Shown here piece by piece: positions 1 through 9,370 of a DNA stretch of 64,000 nucleotides (position 1 is the first letter of the stretch; each line of letters begins with the position of its first letter). A program made the translations under genes and the position numbers. The notes below the pieces were generated by a model. The model was not told the origin of the DNA. It did no database searches and saw only the letters and a program-made list of their open reading frames with translations. The DNA is taken from the IMG/VR virus record IMGVR_UViG_3300035491_000281; one strand, written 5' to 3'. The DNA comes from a virus.

Positions 1-1773
1 GTATTGCACCGAATAGGAGCTCAACTGCCCCATCAGCTGCAACATAGCCCGTTGGATCTCCGAGAGGGTGACCCGTGTAACCAGGTTCGCTCCGGTGGCC
101 GCCTGCACGCAATCGGCAAACAACTGATCCAGATCCATCGGCGAGAGGTCGGCAACCTCATACCCGTTGTCCTTGAACCACTGTTCGAAACTCAACACCT
201 CATCCACCAGCGGACACATCTGGTGTTTGAAATGCCGCCGTACGACGTTCTCCAGCATTCCCCGGCTCAGGTAGTGTTCCTGGAAGGAGTACAGTTCCCA
301 GAGCTTGAGGTATTCCTGGTGCAGGTTGGCGCAGGCGCTGTAGAATCGCTCCGTGGTGATGTACTCACCCAGTGGTGTGATGCGGTCCTGAATGGCCTGG
401 ATCAGTCCGTCCCGCACGTAGCGTCGGTCCACCAGTCGTTCCAGTTCGGTGTGGTTAGGTAGAGGATCACGCAGTACCTCGTAGGCGATCATCCGCGGGA
501 TACTATCCAGTACGATCCCCCGCGCTTTGGTAAACGCATAGAGGGCGACAATAAAGGTATCTCGCACTGAGAGGTTCATGTACTCGCCAGTCACCGGGTT
601 GGTGACGTTGACGTAAGCTCGATAGCGCCCTTTGCTGGCCAGGTACAGCCATTCGTTGAGCAGCACATGTTCCAGCGACCGCACCGAACTGTTGGTCCGG
701 TCGACCACCTCCGACTCCAAGACTTTGGTGGGGAGGGTACTGAAACGGTCACTGCGGAAAGTTTCCCGGATCTCCACCTCGGCCGCGGCCTGTACCGCGG
801 CGTTATCCCGGGCGATGTCACGCTCGCGATTGAGTATCGTATGAACCTCCGCCCGGTCCAGCCCGCTTTGGTTGTAGCCAAAGTTGATGGGGTATTTGAC
901 CATCTCGACGTCAGGGTACAGCTGCTCAGGTAGCTGTTCGACATTGTGCTGCAGGCGATACCAGGTCAACGGTAGTCCGCGCGGGGTCAGCAGATTGGCA
1001 ATCAAGCGGTCGAAGATCTCCTGCTTGCCGACGTTGCGCTTGATAAAGCGGATATTGCGATACAACCACAGCTGTTGGGCTTTGGTCAGGTACGGCAGAT
1101 ACTCGTCCAGGCGCCCGTTGGATGCTAGGTACTCGCGGATGTGAAAACTGTGGGCTTGGGGGGTCTTAGCGTTACGCAGTCGCAGCAACTGAATCACAGT
1201 CGGTAACTGGGCGTATAGCACCCCAAGGAATGCCGGCAGGTACAGGTCATCGGTGAGGATGTACTGACTGTTGTACCAGCGACTAAAGAAGGCATACAAC
1301 CAGGCCTGCAGATTCGGCATCAGGTTGGCCTCGTTACCCTCGACGTGTGTCGGATCGTAGTACAAAAGTTCCCCATCTTGTGCATTCATCGCCCGGGTTT
1401 TATCTACTGGCGAGAGAATCCCATTGATCAGCGCGGCTTGATTTGGGAACTTACGCACCAGATCCCGATAGTACCGACTGCCCGGTTGGTAATCACGTGC
1501 AGTGGCGCGGTGGCGGCGTAGGTTCTCCTTGCTGAACTCGATTTCTTCCAGGGTGTCCATCGAGCGCACCGTCATGCGTTGATCGCTGACATGGTACTCC
1601 CCGGCCAAGTTCATGTAGTATTTCCAGGTCTCGGGTCGATCCGGATCAACCGGGTACCCCAGTAGTTTTAGTTCGTTGTTCAGGGTATCGGCTACGGCCC
1701 CGCATTTAATCACGAGCGTTCGTGTCAAGGCCAGAACGTCATCGAGATACAGCTGGTAATAGACTCTGCTCAT
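1..1773 (-). CDS. Virion structural protein, phiKZ gp128-like (runs off the window start)
   Basis: Absent from the ORF track. Manual translation from ATG at 1773 gives MSRVYYQLYLDDVLALTRTLVIK...PETWKYYMNLAGEYH...MTVRSMDTLEEIEF and stays open to base 1. Divergent from the portal gene, as I recall for phiKZ-like phages. Confidence 0.75.
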   Translation of the reverse strand, partial: MSRVYYQLYLDDVLALTRTLVIKCGAVADTLNNELKLLGYPVDPDRPETWKYYMNLAGEYHVSDQRMTVRSMDTLEEIEFSKENLRRHRATARDYQPGSRYYRDLVRKFPNQAALINGILSPVDKTRAMNAQDGELLYYDPTHVEGNEANLMPNLQAWLYAFFSRWYNSQYILTDDLYLPAFLGVLYAQLPTVIQLLRLRNAKTPQAHSFHIREYLASNGRLDEYLPYLTKAQQLWLYRNIRFIKRNVGKQEIFDRLIANLLTPRGLPLTWYRLQHNVEQLPEQLYPDVEMVKYPINFGYNQSGLDRAEVHTILNRERDIARDNAAVQAAAEVEIRETFRSDRFSTLPTKVLESEVVDRTNSSVRSLEHVLLNEWLYLASKGRYRAYVNVTNPVTGEYMNLSVRDTFIVALYAFTKARGIVLDSIPRMIAYEVLRDPLPNHTELERLVDRRYVRDGLIQAIQDRITPLGEYITTERFYSACANLHQEYLKLWELYSFQEHYLSRGMLENVVRRHFKHQMCPLVDEVLSFEQWFKDNGYEVADLSPMDLDQLFADCVQAATGANLVTRVTLSEIQRAMLQLMGQLSSYSVQY

Positions 1774-1814
1774 GTTCAAACCTTAAGAGTAATCGTAAAG
1801 AAGGAGGACGGCCC

Positions 1815-4463
1815 ATGGCTGTTCGTGATACGAAATCCCAGTTTCCTAAACTGGCCTATACCCGCAATACCCCGGACAACGTCAGGGCAGTTATGTCCAA
1901 GCTGGTGACCGAACCGGGTAAAGGCAACGCCGGACGCCGTGGCGATCAAAAGCAGGTGCGTGTGTCGCGGGATATGTTCGAGCGTCTGTCTCGGCAGACC
2001 GCCCAGGACAGCATCGACGCCTCCTCGGTTTTCCAACTGCTACCGGACACAGAGTTGGCCGAGCAGATTCTGGTGGGTAGCATTCTCTCCCCGAAAGACA
2101 TGTCCACGGTGGACCTGAACTTCACGGTGGCCAATCCGGAATTCGACAGCGAAATCTCCCGCCCTATGCTGGCGGTGTTCGAGCAGCATTTCAAGCACGA
2201 CTATAAAATAGACGACCGCCTGGACCTTCAGCTCGAAGAAATCCTGTTTACCAAGGGTGCACACATCCTGGCGGTCCTGCCGGAAAACAATCTCGACGTT
2301 ATTATCAACGGCAATACCAGCCGTAAACTGTCGATGGAGCATTTCCACCAGGCGGTGGGTCGGATTCGTGACGGGCGTCCGATGGGGTTGTTGGGGCACC
2401 CGCGTCAGGCGCAAGTGTCGATGGAAACCTTCCGCGACCGCACCGGTACCGCAGATAAGATCCAAGTGGCCCTGAAGGGCGGTAAGGGCAGTCCGTTTGA
2501 GATGCCGGGCATCCAAGTGACCGACAACTTCGACGTCCTGAAAACTCCCGCGATTTACCGCCGGGCGCGGGAACGCTCAATCGCTGACAAACTCAATCGT
2601 CACAACGTGTCGATGGAGGCCGCTACGCAGGGGCTAACCCCCGAGCAGATCGACCAGCTCTACCAACCCCGCGGACAGGGCGGTCAGCCCACTCAGGTGG
2701 TGACCTCTCAGACATACATGGATCGACCCACCGTAGGTCACCCACTGGTGTTGAAGCTACCGATTGAATCTGTGATCCCGGTGCACGTTCCGGGTCAGCC
2801 GGACGAGCACATTGGTTACTTCGTGATGATCGACCGTAACGGCCGCCCGGTGGTGCGCGACGAAGATCGCGACTACTACGGTGAGCTGCGCAGCAACTTC
2901 ACCAGTAACAGCAAGGACAGCTCGTCGGAGCTGGTACGGCGTACCAAGGAAGCCATGGGGGCGGCGCAACAGGAGAACGGGCTGGAGTTCGACCAAATCC
3001 ACGAGGCCTACTCGACCATCATCGAGAATGACCTGCTCAATCGTCTGCGCAACGGCATCTACGGTGAAGATTTCGAGCTGGGCTTTACCGAGGACGTTTA
3101 CCGGATCATGTTGTATCGCTCACTGAAAGCGCAGCAGACCCAACTGCTGTACATTCCGGTAGAGCTGGTGACGTACATGGCCTTCTCCTACAACGGTAAC
3201 GGGATCGGCACTACCCTACTGACGCAGTCGAAGATCCTGGCTTCCATGCGCAGCGTCTTGTTGTTTGCCGACACCATGGCCGGGGTGCGTAACGCGATTG
3301 GTCGTAAACGCGCCAGCATCAGTGTGGACGGTGACGACCAGGACCCGGAGAAGACCATCTCGGACATCCAGACCGCAATTCTGGAAGGGGCGCACCGCGG
3401 CTTTCCGTTGGGCTCACCTGACCCAGGCATGACGCTGGATTACCTCAACCGGGCGGGGTTTGATTTCAGCATTAACGTTGAGTCGGACCATTACCCCAAC
3501 ACCAAGGTGGAGTTTGACGACCACACCTCGAACTCGCAGGCAGGCAACCCCGAACTGCAAGATCGACTGCGCCGCATGCACATCTCGGGCATGGGGATTA
3601 ATCCGGAACTGGTTGACCCGACCAGCAGCCCAGATTTCGCGGTGAGTGTGGTCAACAACAACCTGATGATGACCCGGCGGGTGATGCGCTATCAGAAGCT
3701 GTTTACGGCCTTCCAGACCAAGTTCGTACAGACCTACGCGCGTCACTCTTCGATCCTGCGTGAACGACTGTTGGCGGTGGTAGTGGAGCAGAAGAAACTG
3801 CTTTCGCCGGAGCAGCGGAAGAAGGAACCGGTGGAAATTGTCGATGAATTTATCGATGCCATCGAGACCATCCTGCCGGCTCCTGACACCACCCGCATCG
3901 AACAACAGGCCCAGGCCTTCCAGAATTACAGCAGTCTGCTGGATCAAGCGTTGGACGCCTATATCACGGCGGATCTGTTCCCGGCTGAGATCCTGGCCCG
4001 CGACAGCTCGATCGTCGATCACACGATCGCGGTGATCAAGGCTTACTACCTGCGTCTGTGGCTCAACCGCAACAATGTGATGCCGGAGCTTGACGCGTTG
4101 ATCGAGATGGACGGCAAGAAGCCGGTGTTCAGTCTGTTGGATGTTCAGGAAGGGCAGATCGGTTCGCTGGGTAGTGCCATTCAGGAATACATCGATGGGG
4201 TACTCAAGCTGAAGGAGAAATGGGAGAAACAAAACGCGGAATCCGAATCCGATAAACCGGAACTGGAGCAAGACCCTGAACCAGCGGTAGCTGACGAGCC
4301 GGAGTCGTTGGAGGATGACAACCTGTTCGCCGAGACAATCTCAGACGAGCCGGAGCTGGAATCCGAAGAGGAAGCCGAACTTAACGCTGACGCCGAGCAG
4401 GAAACCCCCGAGTCGGAGGAAGTCGACAGTGACGCTGAGGACGAGGAAGAACCTAAACTCTAA
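1815..4463 (+). CDS. Portal protein, phiKZ gp129-like
   Basis: About 880 aa; RBS AAGGAGG before ATG 1815; LPDTELAEQILVGSILSP and GHPLVLKLPIESVIPVHVPG blocks; acidic C-terminal tail; three S-M-E motifs. Confidence 0.7.
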   Translation: MAVRDTKSQFPKLAYTRNTPDNVRAVMSKLVTEPGKGNAGRRGDQKQVRVSRDMFERLSRQTAQDSIDASSVFQLLPDTELAEQILVGSILSPKDMSTVDLNFTVANPEFDSEISRPMLAVFEQHFKHDYKIDDRLDLQLEEILFTKGAHILAVLPENNLDVIINGNTSRKLSMEHFHQAVGRIRDGRPMGLLGHPRQAQVSMETFRDRTGTADKIQVALKGGKGSPFEMPGIQVTDNFDVLKTPAIYRRARERSIADKLNRHNVSMEAATQGLTPEQIDQLYQPRGQGGQPTQVVTSQTYMDRPTVGHPLVLKLPIESVIPVHVPGQPDEHIGYFVMIDRNGRPVVRDEDRDYYGELRSNFTSNSKDSSSELVRRTKEAMGAAQQENGLEFDQIHEAYSTIIENDLLNRLRNGIYGEDFELGFTEDVYRIMLYRSLKAQQTQLLYIPVELVTYMAFSYNGNGIGTTLLTQSKILASMRSVLLFADTMAGVRNAIGRKRASISVDGDDQDPEKTISDIQTAILEGAHRGFPLGSPDPGMTLDYLNRAGFDFSINVESDHYPNTKVEFDDHTSNSQAGNPELQDRLRRMHISGMGINPELVDPTSSPDFAVSVVNNNLMMTRRVMRYQKLFTAFQTKFVQTYARHSSILRERLLAVVVEQKKLLSPEQRKKEPVEIVDEFIDAIETILPAPDTTRIEQQAQAFQNYSSLLDQALDAYITADLFPAEILARDSSIVDHTIAVIKAYYLRLWLNRNNVMPELDALIEMDGKKPVFSLLDVQEGQIGSLGSAIQEYIDGVLKLKEKWEKQNAESESDKPELEQDPEPAVADEPESLEDDNLFAETISDEPELESEEEAELNADAEQETPESEEVDSDAEDEEEPKL

Positions 4464-4469
4464 CGTCTG

Positions 4470-4512
4470 ACGACATAGACCCTCCCCCGGTTGGGGGAGG
4501 GCTTTATGCCGT
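4470..4512. terminator. Hairpin repeat family member, probable bidirectional terminator
   Basis: ACGACATAG-ACCCTCCCCC-GGTT-GGGGGAGGGC-TTTATGCCGT between convergent genes. Confidence 0.65.
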
Positions 4513-4562
4513 TACGTGGTCATCAACTCCAAGCAGGACTGCCATGAGTAGAGGGCTTGTGT
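4512..4562 (-). pseudogene. Orphan 3' fragment of a WRPxLE-family paralogue
   Basis: Minus strand reads TQALYSWQSCLELMTT*, matching the family C-terminal motif W-R-P-C-L-E-L. It lies out of frame just after the stop of 4565..5458. Confidence 0.5.
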
Positions 4563-4564
4563 TG

Positions 4565-5458
4565 TTACAATACCAATTCCAGCACCGGTCGCCACAAGCT
4601 AGAGTCCTGTGCAGTGCCGTTGCCTAAGTTACTGGTAGCTATTAGACTGGTACTACCGCGAACCACCCTGTGCGTGCTACTGTATATATCCTGAGTGTGG
4701 TTCCACCCGGCGTTACCTTTAGTCAGATCAGCTGCCGGAATATCGTCCCATTTAATCGGGTTATCCACACCAACCAACGTGGGTACCAACATACGGTCCC
4801 ATTCAGACAGCTCGGTGGGACGCAAAGTGCTAGCGATAGGGTCAGTGGGACTGTTGGTCCCGATCGCAAGCCGCACCTTAAACGTGTGCTCGCCCTTGGT
4901 GACCAGTTTCAGCTGATTGACTTGCGTGGTATCACTTCGTCCGCCTGGTCCTGGACCATCCACGCCGTACACCAAGCCGGCTACATACAGCTGTAGCCAT
5001 GACATGTTGGAGCGCAGGGGGCCATCGGGGAAGAAGAGAATCTTACCGTCGATTGCAAACTTGAGCCAGTTGGTAGCGAGGTTGAGTACGGTTCCGATCG
5101 TAAACCCGCAAAGGGTCGACAATTCGGACGCGTTGAACAACTCACTCAGCGGTACCATGCCGAAGTACCCGTTGACGAAATCCCCACGTAAAGGTTTCAG
5201 CGGACCAGGACCGGTGTTCGGATACACCCCGATGACTTCTTCTCGGGAGACAGCTTCGTCCACCCCCTTAAAGACACCAAAACGGTAATAGTAAACCTTG
5301 TTGCGTTCTGCCGTCTCGTCAACGAAGGTGGTGACGCCTGGGCCTACAGTAGCGAGCGGTGCCGGCAGTGCGTTCAACGCCATCGGCGTGAGGCTGCGGT
5401 AAATGCGAGTGCCTTCGGAGCCAATGTTCCGATCCACCCAATTTAGTGTTACGGGCAT
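4565..5458 (-). CDS. Virion/tail paralogue type C (FN3-like N-terminus plus WRPxLE domain), triplet 2
   Basis: 297 aa; LNW..N...IYR...YYY N-domain; GPGP..L.GD...GYFG, WLKF..GKIL, GLVYGVDG, WRPVLE. Confidence 0.65.
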   Translation of the reverse strand: MPVTLNWVDRNIGSEGTRIYRSLTPMALNALPAPLATVGPGVTTFVDETAERNKVYYYRFGVFKGVDEAVSREEVIGVYPNTGPGPLKPLRGDFVNGYFGMVPLSELFNASELSTLCGFTIGTVLNLATNWLKFAIDGKILFFPDGPLRSNMSWLQLYVAGLVYGVDGPGPGGRSDTTQVNQLKLVTKGEHTFKVRLAIGTNSPTDPIASTLRPTELSEWDRMLVPTLVGVDNPIKWDDIPAADLTKGNAGWNHTQDIYSSTHRVVRGSTSLIATSNLGNGTAQDSSLWRPVLELVL

Positions 5459-5469
5459 GTTAGTTCCCC

Positions 5470-6435
5470 TTAGATGGACAGATTAAGCGCGACGCTTGGG
5501 ATGTACTCCAACACTGGTCGCCAGGCCATAGTACCGCTGGAAGTGGTAATAGCATACGATCCATGAAAAGTCAAGGCACGCTCATCGGAAAAGGCGTGGG
5601 TACCGCGAAGCAGGTGGTTACCGGTATCCCCCACGATCAATTCCTGACACGGCGTGTTATAAAGCGAGTGGAAGTCAGTACGGGTGCGGTTACTCCAGTT
5701 GATGGTTTTCTGCGTACTCGGTACCCACGACATCAATGGATAAATCAGATCGTCCCATTCCGAGCCGAGAGTTGCCAAGGATGGAAGCGTGGCGTCCGTC
5801 GGTACAACGAACCCGCCATCGGAACGAGCCGGTCCACCGGTTGGGAGGCGCACCAGGAACGAATCCAGACCGAGCTGAATGATCCGCTTCTGGTTAACAC
5901 CGGCACCGGTATAAATACCTGGTCCGTTATCGTCCCGACCGTAGACTAACCCGAGGTCGTAGAACTGCTTCCAGCTAATGCCGGTGCGCAGGTGGGTTTC
6001 GGGGATAAACAACACCCGCCCTTTACGGGCAAATTTATGCCAGATGGGGTTGGGGTTGGTGTTCAGTGTACCCGTGGTTAAACCCACCTTACCGCTGACC
6101 TGGTCGGCGGTAAAGAAGTCACTGGCCAGTACCGTACCAAAATAACCCAACTCGTAGTTGCCATACGCCAATTGCTTAGGGCCGGGTCCCGAATAAGGTA
6201 GGGCGTAAGCCTCGTGGTTCTTCGATACCGTGCGGTCATTGGCGCTGATTGTCTCGAACACATAGTAGTAACGCGCACCGCGGGTGACGTTGGTATCAAC
6301 CCAGCTGGTCTCACCACTACTTAGGGTAGCCACCGGCGTACCCAGTGCGTCGCGGTTTACCGGGGTATTACCCCGATAGATGTTTACGGTCACCGGAACC
6401 GCATTCAGGTTGTTCCATTTCAATTCAAGCTGCAT
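5470..6435 (-). CDS. Virion/tail paralogue type B, triplet 2
   Basis: 321 aa; LKW.NLN..PV...IYR N-domain; same core motifs; closest to 8386..9360. Confidence 0.65.
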   Translation of the reverse strand: MQLELKWNNLNAVPVTVNIYRGNTPVNRDALGTPVATLSSGETSWVDTNVTRGARYYYVFETISANDRTVSKNHEAYALPYSGPGPKQLAYGNYELGYFGTVLASDFFTADQVSGKVGLTTGTLNTNPNPIWHKFARKGRVLFIPETHLRTGISWKQFYDLGLVYGRDDNGPGIYTGAGVNQKRIIQLGLDSFLVRLPTGGPARSDGGFVVPTDATLPSLATLGSEWDDLIYPLMSWVPSTQKTINWSNRTRTDFHSLYNTPCQELIVGDTGNHLLRGTHAFSDERALTFHGSYAITTSSGTMAWRPVLEYIPSVALNLSI

Positions 6436-6449
6436 AGCTAAACCCTTCC

Positions 6450-7406
6450 TTAACTAACGGTGTAGTCAACCAACCCAGGCGGGTAGAGACCGCTCGCGTA
6501 GTCGTAATTGATGGTGTTGATGGTCACGACACTACCATCAACACTGTAGTCCACCAGACCCACTTCCATCATCGTCTCACTGTTCGACATAAGCCCAACC
6601 GGATCGAAAAGGAACTGGTCGTTTGGAATCAACTCCAAACAAGGACGCCACCCCAAGCCATTTGCAGTGGCGGTTTGGGCGTAACTGGAAAACACATCGC
6701 CCCGCCGCACAACCCGACTACTGGTGCCGGCGGCGGTGTTCTCTTGGGTAAATGAGTTTAGACCAAATCCGCTATAATTAAGATCACCGTCAGTAAACGC
6801 CGCCCAGTTGCGTTTCTGAGGGTCGCCAGTCCAGATAGGTACCATCAGATCGTTCCATTCGCCACCACTGACGGTGGAGGGGTTCTCTACCGCACCAGTT
6901 AGCAAACGGACCCGAAAGGCATCTTCGCCAATAACCACACGACTTCCCTGGTCGGCGGTAACACCGCCGGTCGCCGCAAACGGCCCCACGCCATCCACCC
7001 CGTAAACGGCTCCTGCGAGATAAATCGCGTCCCAAGTCACCGTGTTACGGAAGGTCAGCATCGGGACGAATAGGATCTTACCTTTGTGGATGAACTTCAG
7101 CCAGCGGCTGTCGGTGTTTTGTTTGTTTCCAGAGGAGAGACCAATGGCCGCAGCTAGTGTTTCGCCATTGATAAAATCACTGGAATCCAGCGTACCGAAG
7201 AACCCCGAATTCATGGTTCCGCCCTGGAGCACGCGGGGACCTGGACCAAAGTCAAAGTTGGATTTGGTGGCAACCTGAAAACCACCTGGCGTCACCCCAT
7301 CATGGATGCGCAACGTGAAATCGTCGATATTCACCGTCAATGTGCCGGCGGGTAACAGCGCACGGTTGTTGGCTTCTGTGTTACCGCGCAATAATCGCGT
7401 TCTCAT
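6450..7406 (-). CDS. Virion/tail paralogue type A (Mtd_N-like N-terminus), triplet 2
   Basis: 318 aa; MRTRLLRGNT...LRIHDGVTPGG N-terminus; core motifs; WRPCLE followed by a C-terminal extension. Confidence 0.65.
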   Translation of the reverse strand: MRTRLLRGNTEANNRALLPAGTLTVNIDDFTLRIHDGVTPGGFQVATKSNFDFGPGPRVLQGGTMNSGFFGTLDSSDFINGETLAAAIGLSSGNKQNTDSRWLKFIHKGKILFVPMLTFRNTVTWDAIYLAGAVYGVDGVGPFAATGGVTADQGSRVVIGEDAFRVRLLTGAVENPSTVSGGEWNDLMVPIWTGDPQKRNWAAFTDGDLNYSGFGLNSFTQENTAAGTSSRVVRRGDVFSSYAQTATANGLGWRPCLELIPNDQFLFDPVGLMSNSETMMEVGLVDYSVDGSVVTINTINYDYASGLYPPGLVDYTVS

Positions 7407-7461
7407 AGTAAACCTTCTTTATGTTGAGTTCGTGGACTCATACCATCGGTGTCTGCCCGGC

Positions 7462-7491
7462 TAAAAGGCCACTCCTTTTGGGGGAGTGGCC
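7462..7491 (-). terminator. Stem-loop terminator between the two triplets
   Basis: GGCCACTCC-TTTTGG-GGGAGTGGCC hairpin with TTTT following on the minus strand. Confidence 0.55.
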
Positions 7492-7497
7492 TGGAGG

Positions 7498-8382
7498 TTA
7501 CAGCACCAGTTCTAGCACTGGGCGGAACGACTGGTTACCACTGTTCGTAACAGCCGCGTTGTTGGTTGTGGTGAAATTACCATTCGCTGAGGTTAAGGCA
7601 TAGGTGCCGTTGCACTCAGCAAACCAATTGTAAAGATACCCGCTCGGGAAAAACTCAGCCTTACCGTAGTCACTCCACTTGGGCTCGCTATTGACAGAGC
7701 TGTCGCGACACAGAGGAGTGACAAGCTTATGCCATTCAGAGTTAAAGTCTTCACCTGCCGTTGAATAAACCCCATCGGACTTTGCGCGAGGTAGTCTTAC
7801 GATGAACTCATCCGCACCCTTAACGACGGTGCGCATTTGATTGACGCCCGGACTACCACTCGGTGGGGTACCCACCCCATCCACACCATACGCCAACCCG
7901 CGGTCGTACAGCTGCTGCCAGGAAACTGACTGGCGCGAGGAGACCTGCGGGATGAACAGGATCTTGCCTTGGAAGATAAACTTGTGCCAACGATCACGAT
8001 CGACGACTGTTGTGGGCGTGCCTTCCACCAATCCCAGCGTGGCGCAGAGTTCATCGGCACCGATAAACTCACCTGGGGCTAATTCCCCGAAGTAACCGCG
8101 TTCGTAATCTCCACGTAAGGGCTTCTGGCGGCCAGGTCCGGTGTAGGGCATGTTAGCCAACACTTTAATCGGCGAAATCACTACATCGGTACCTTTAACG
8201 ATCCCCAACGCGTAGTAGTACACCACGTTCAGCAAGGCGGTGGTATCATCGTAAAAGTCGGCGTTGGTAACCACCCCAATAGGTTCTGGGGGATTGGCCG
8301 TGTCAAACCGCGTTGTGGCGCGATAAATGCGAATCTCATCGTACGCGGTATTACGGTTGTTCCAGTTCAGTCGAATTGTCAT
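7498..8382 (-). CDS. Virion/tail paralogue type C, triplet 1
   Basis: 294 aa; LNW..RN...IYR; PYTGPG..KPLRGD; ends FRPVLELVL like 4565..5458. Confidence 0.65.
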   Translation of the reverse strand: MTIRLNWNNRNTAYDEIRIYRATTRFDTANPPEPIGVVTNADFYDDTTALLNVVYYYALGIVKGTDVVISPIKVLANMPYTGPGRQKPLRGDYERGYFGELAPGEFIGADELCATLGLVEGTPTTVVDRDRWHKFIFQGKILFIPQVSSRQSVSWQQLYDRGLAYGVDGVGTPPSGSPGVNQMRTVVKGADEFIVRLPRAKSDGVYSTAGEDFNSEWHKLVTPLCRDSSVNSEPKWSDYGKAEFFPSGYLYNWFAECNGTYALTSANGNFTTTNNAAVTNSGNQSFRPVLELVL

Positions 8383-8385
8383 GGC

Positions 8386-9360
8386 TTATACCCCTGTGCT
8401 CACTTCAACGTTGTCTACCAGTTCCAACACCGGCCACCAACTCTGGTTAGCGTCGGTAAGGTTAATGACACTGTATTGTTCCCATATCCCGCGGTTGTCC
8501 GCGGAGTTGTTAACACGCAGGCACATCGTCTGCGTTTTCGCCGCATTGAGTTCCTGCGAATAGCTAAAAGAACCAGCAGCACCAGAGTTAAGTCCGAGCT
8601 CGCCACCTGCCAACTGCGCGATGTTAATCGCTCGTTGGGCTCGTGGTGCGAAGATAGCCAATGGGTACAGGAAATCAGCGACTTCACTGTACTCGCGATA
8701 CGCCTGAATCGTGGTATTTGAGGCATCGGCGGGAATCAAGCGGTCGGGATTGTTACGGTCGTCGATACCCGTGGGCAGGCGCACGATAAAGCGATCCAGA
8801 CCCTTCTCGACGATCTTTAGCTGGTTGACGGGCGTCCCGAGGTTTTGGGGTCCAGGGCCATCGACTCCATACACCAAGCCCAGGTTGTAGAGCTCGCTCC
8901 AGCGGACCCTATAGAACAAGGCACGCCGCGGGAAGTAGCAAATCTTACCGTTACGTGCCCATTTATCCCACATGGGACTGGCGACGATCTCCGTACCTAC
9001 GGTCAGACCCACCGCCGCTTTCAGCTCGGGCCCGCTGAATAGCATGGAACTGGGCACTTGACCGAAGTAGCCGTAACTCATGTCGCCAAACTGGAGTTCC
9101 TGTGGGCCGGGACCACTACGGGGTACCGCTTGGACTTCCAGCGGTTTGGAGTAGACCGTTTCATTGGCCCCGATCGTTTCGAAGGTGTAGTAGTAAGTGG
9201 CGTTACGGACAACATTGTTGTCGACCCATTCCACTTCCCCGTTAATCAACTCCACCAGCGGCGTACCCAACAGGTCGTTGGTCACCGGAGTGTCGTTACG
9301 GTAAATCCGGGTGGTGACCGGCTGGCTGTTGAGGTTAACCCATTTCAGCTTGATAAACAT
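8386..9360 (-). CDS. Virion/tail paralogue type B, triplet 1
   Basis: 324 aa; LKWVNLNSQPVTTRIYR; SGPGPQEL; WWPVLE. Confidence 0.65.
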   Translation of the reverse strand: MFIKLKWVNLNSQPVTTRIYRNDTPVTNDLLGTPLVELINGEVEWVDNNVVRNATYYYTFETIGANETVYSKPLEVQAVPRSGPGPQELQFGDMSYGYFGQVPSSMLFSGPELKAAVGLTVGTEIVASPMWDKWARNGKICYFPRRALFYRVRWSELYNLGLVYGVDGPGPQNLGTPVNQLKIVEKGLDRFIVRLPTGIDDRNNPDRLIPADASNTTIQAYREYSEVADFLYPLAIFAPRAQRAINIAQLAGGELGLNSGAAGSFSYSQELNAAKTQTMCLRVNNSADNRGIWEQYSVINLTDANQSWWPVLELVDNVEVSTGV

Positions 9361-9370
9361 GTAAGACTCC

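Noticed and set aside
4..1144. Short ORFs in the track (4..462, 591..944, 667..933 and others)
   Set aside because: Shadows of the long minus-strand gene 1..1773, which the track missed because it lacks a stop within the window.
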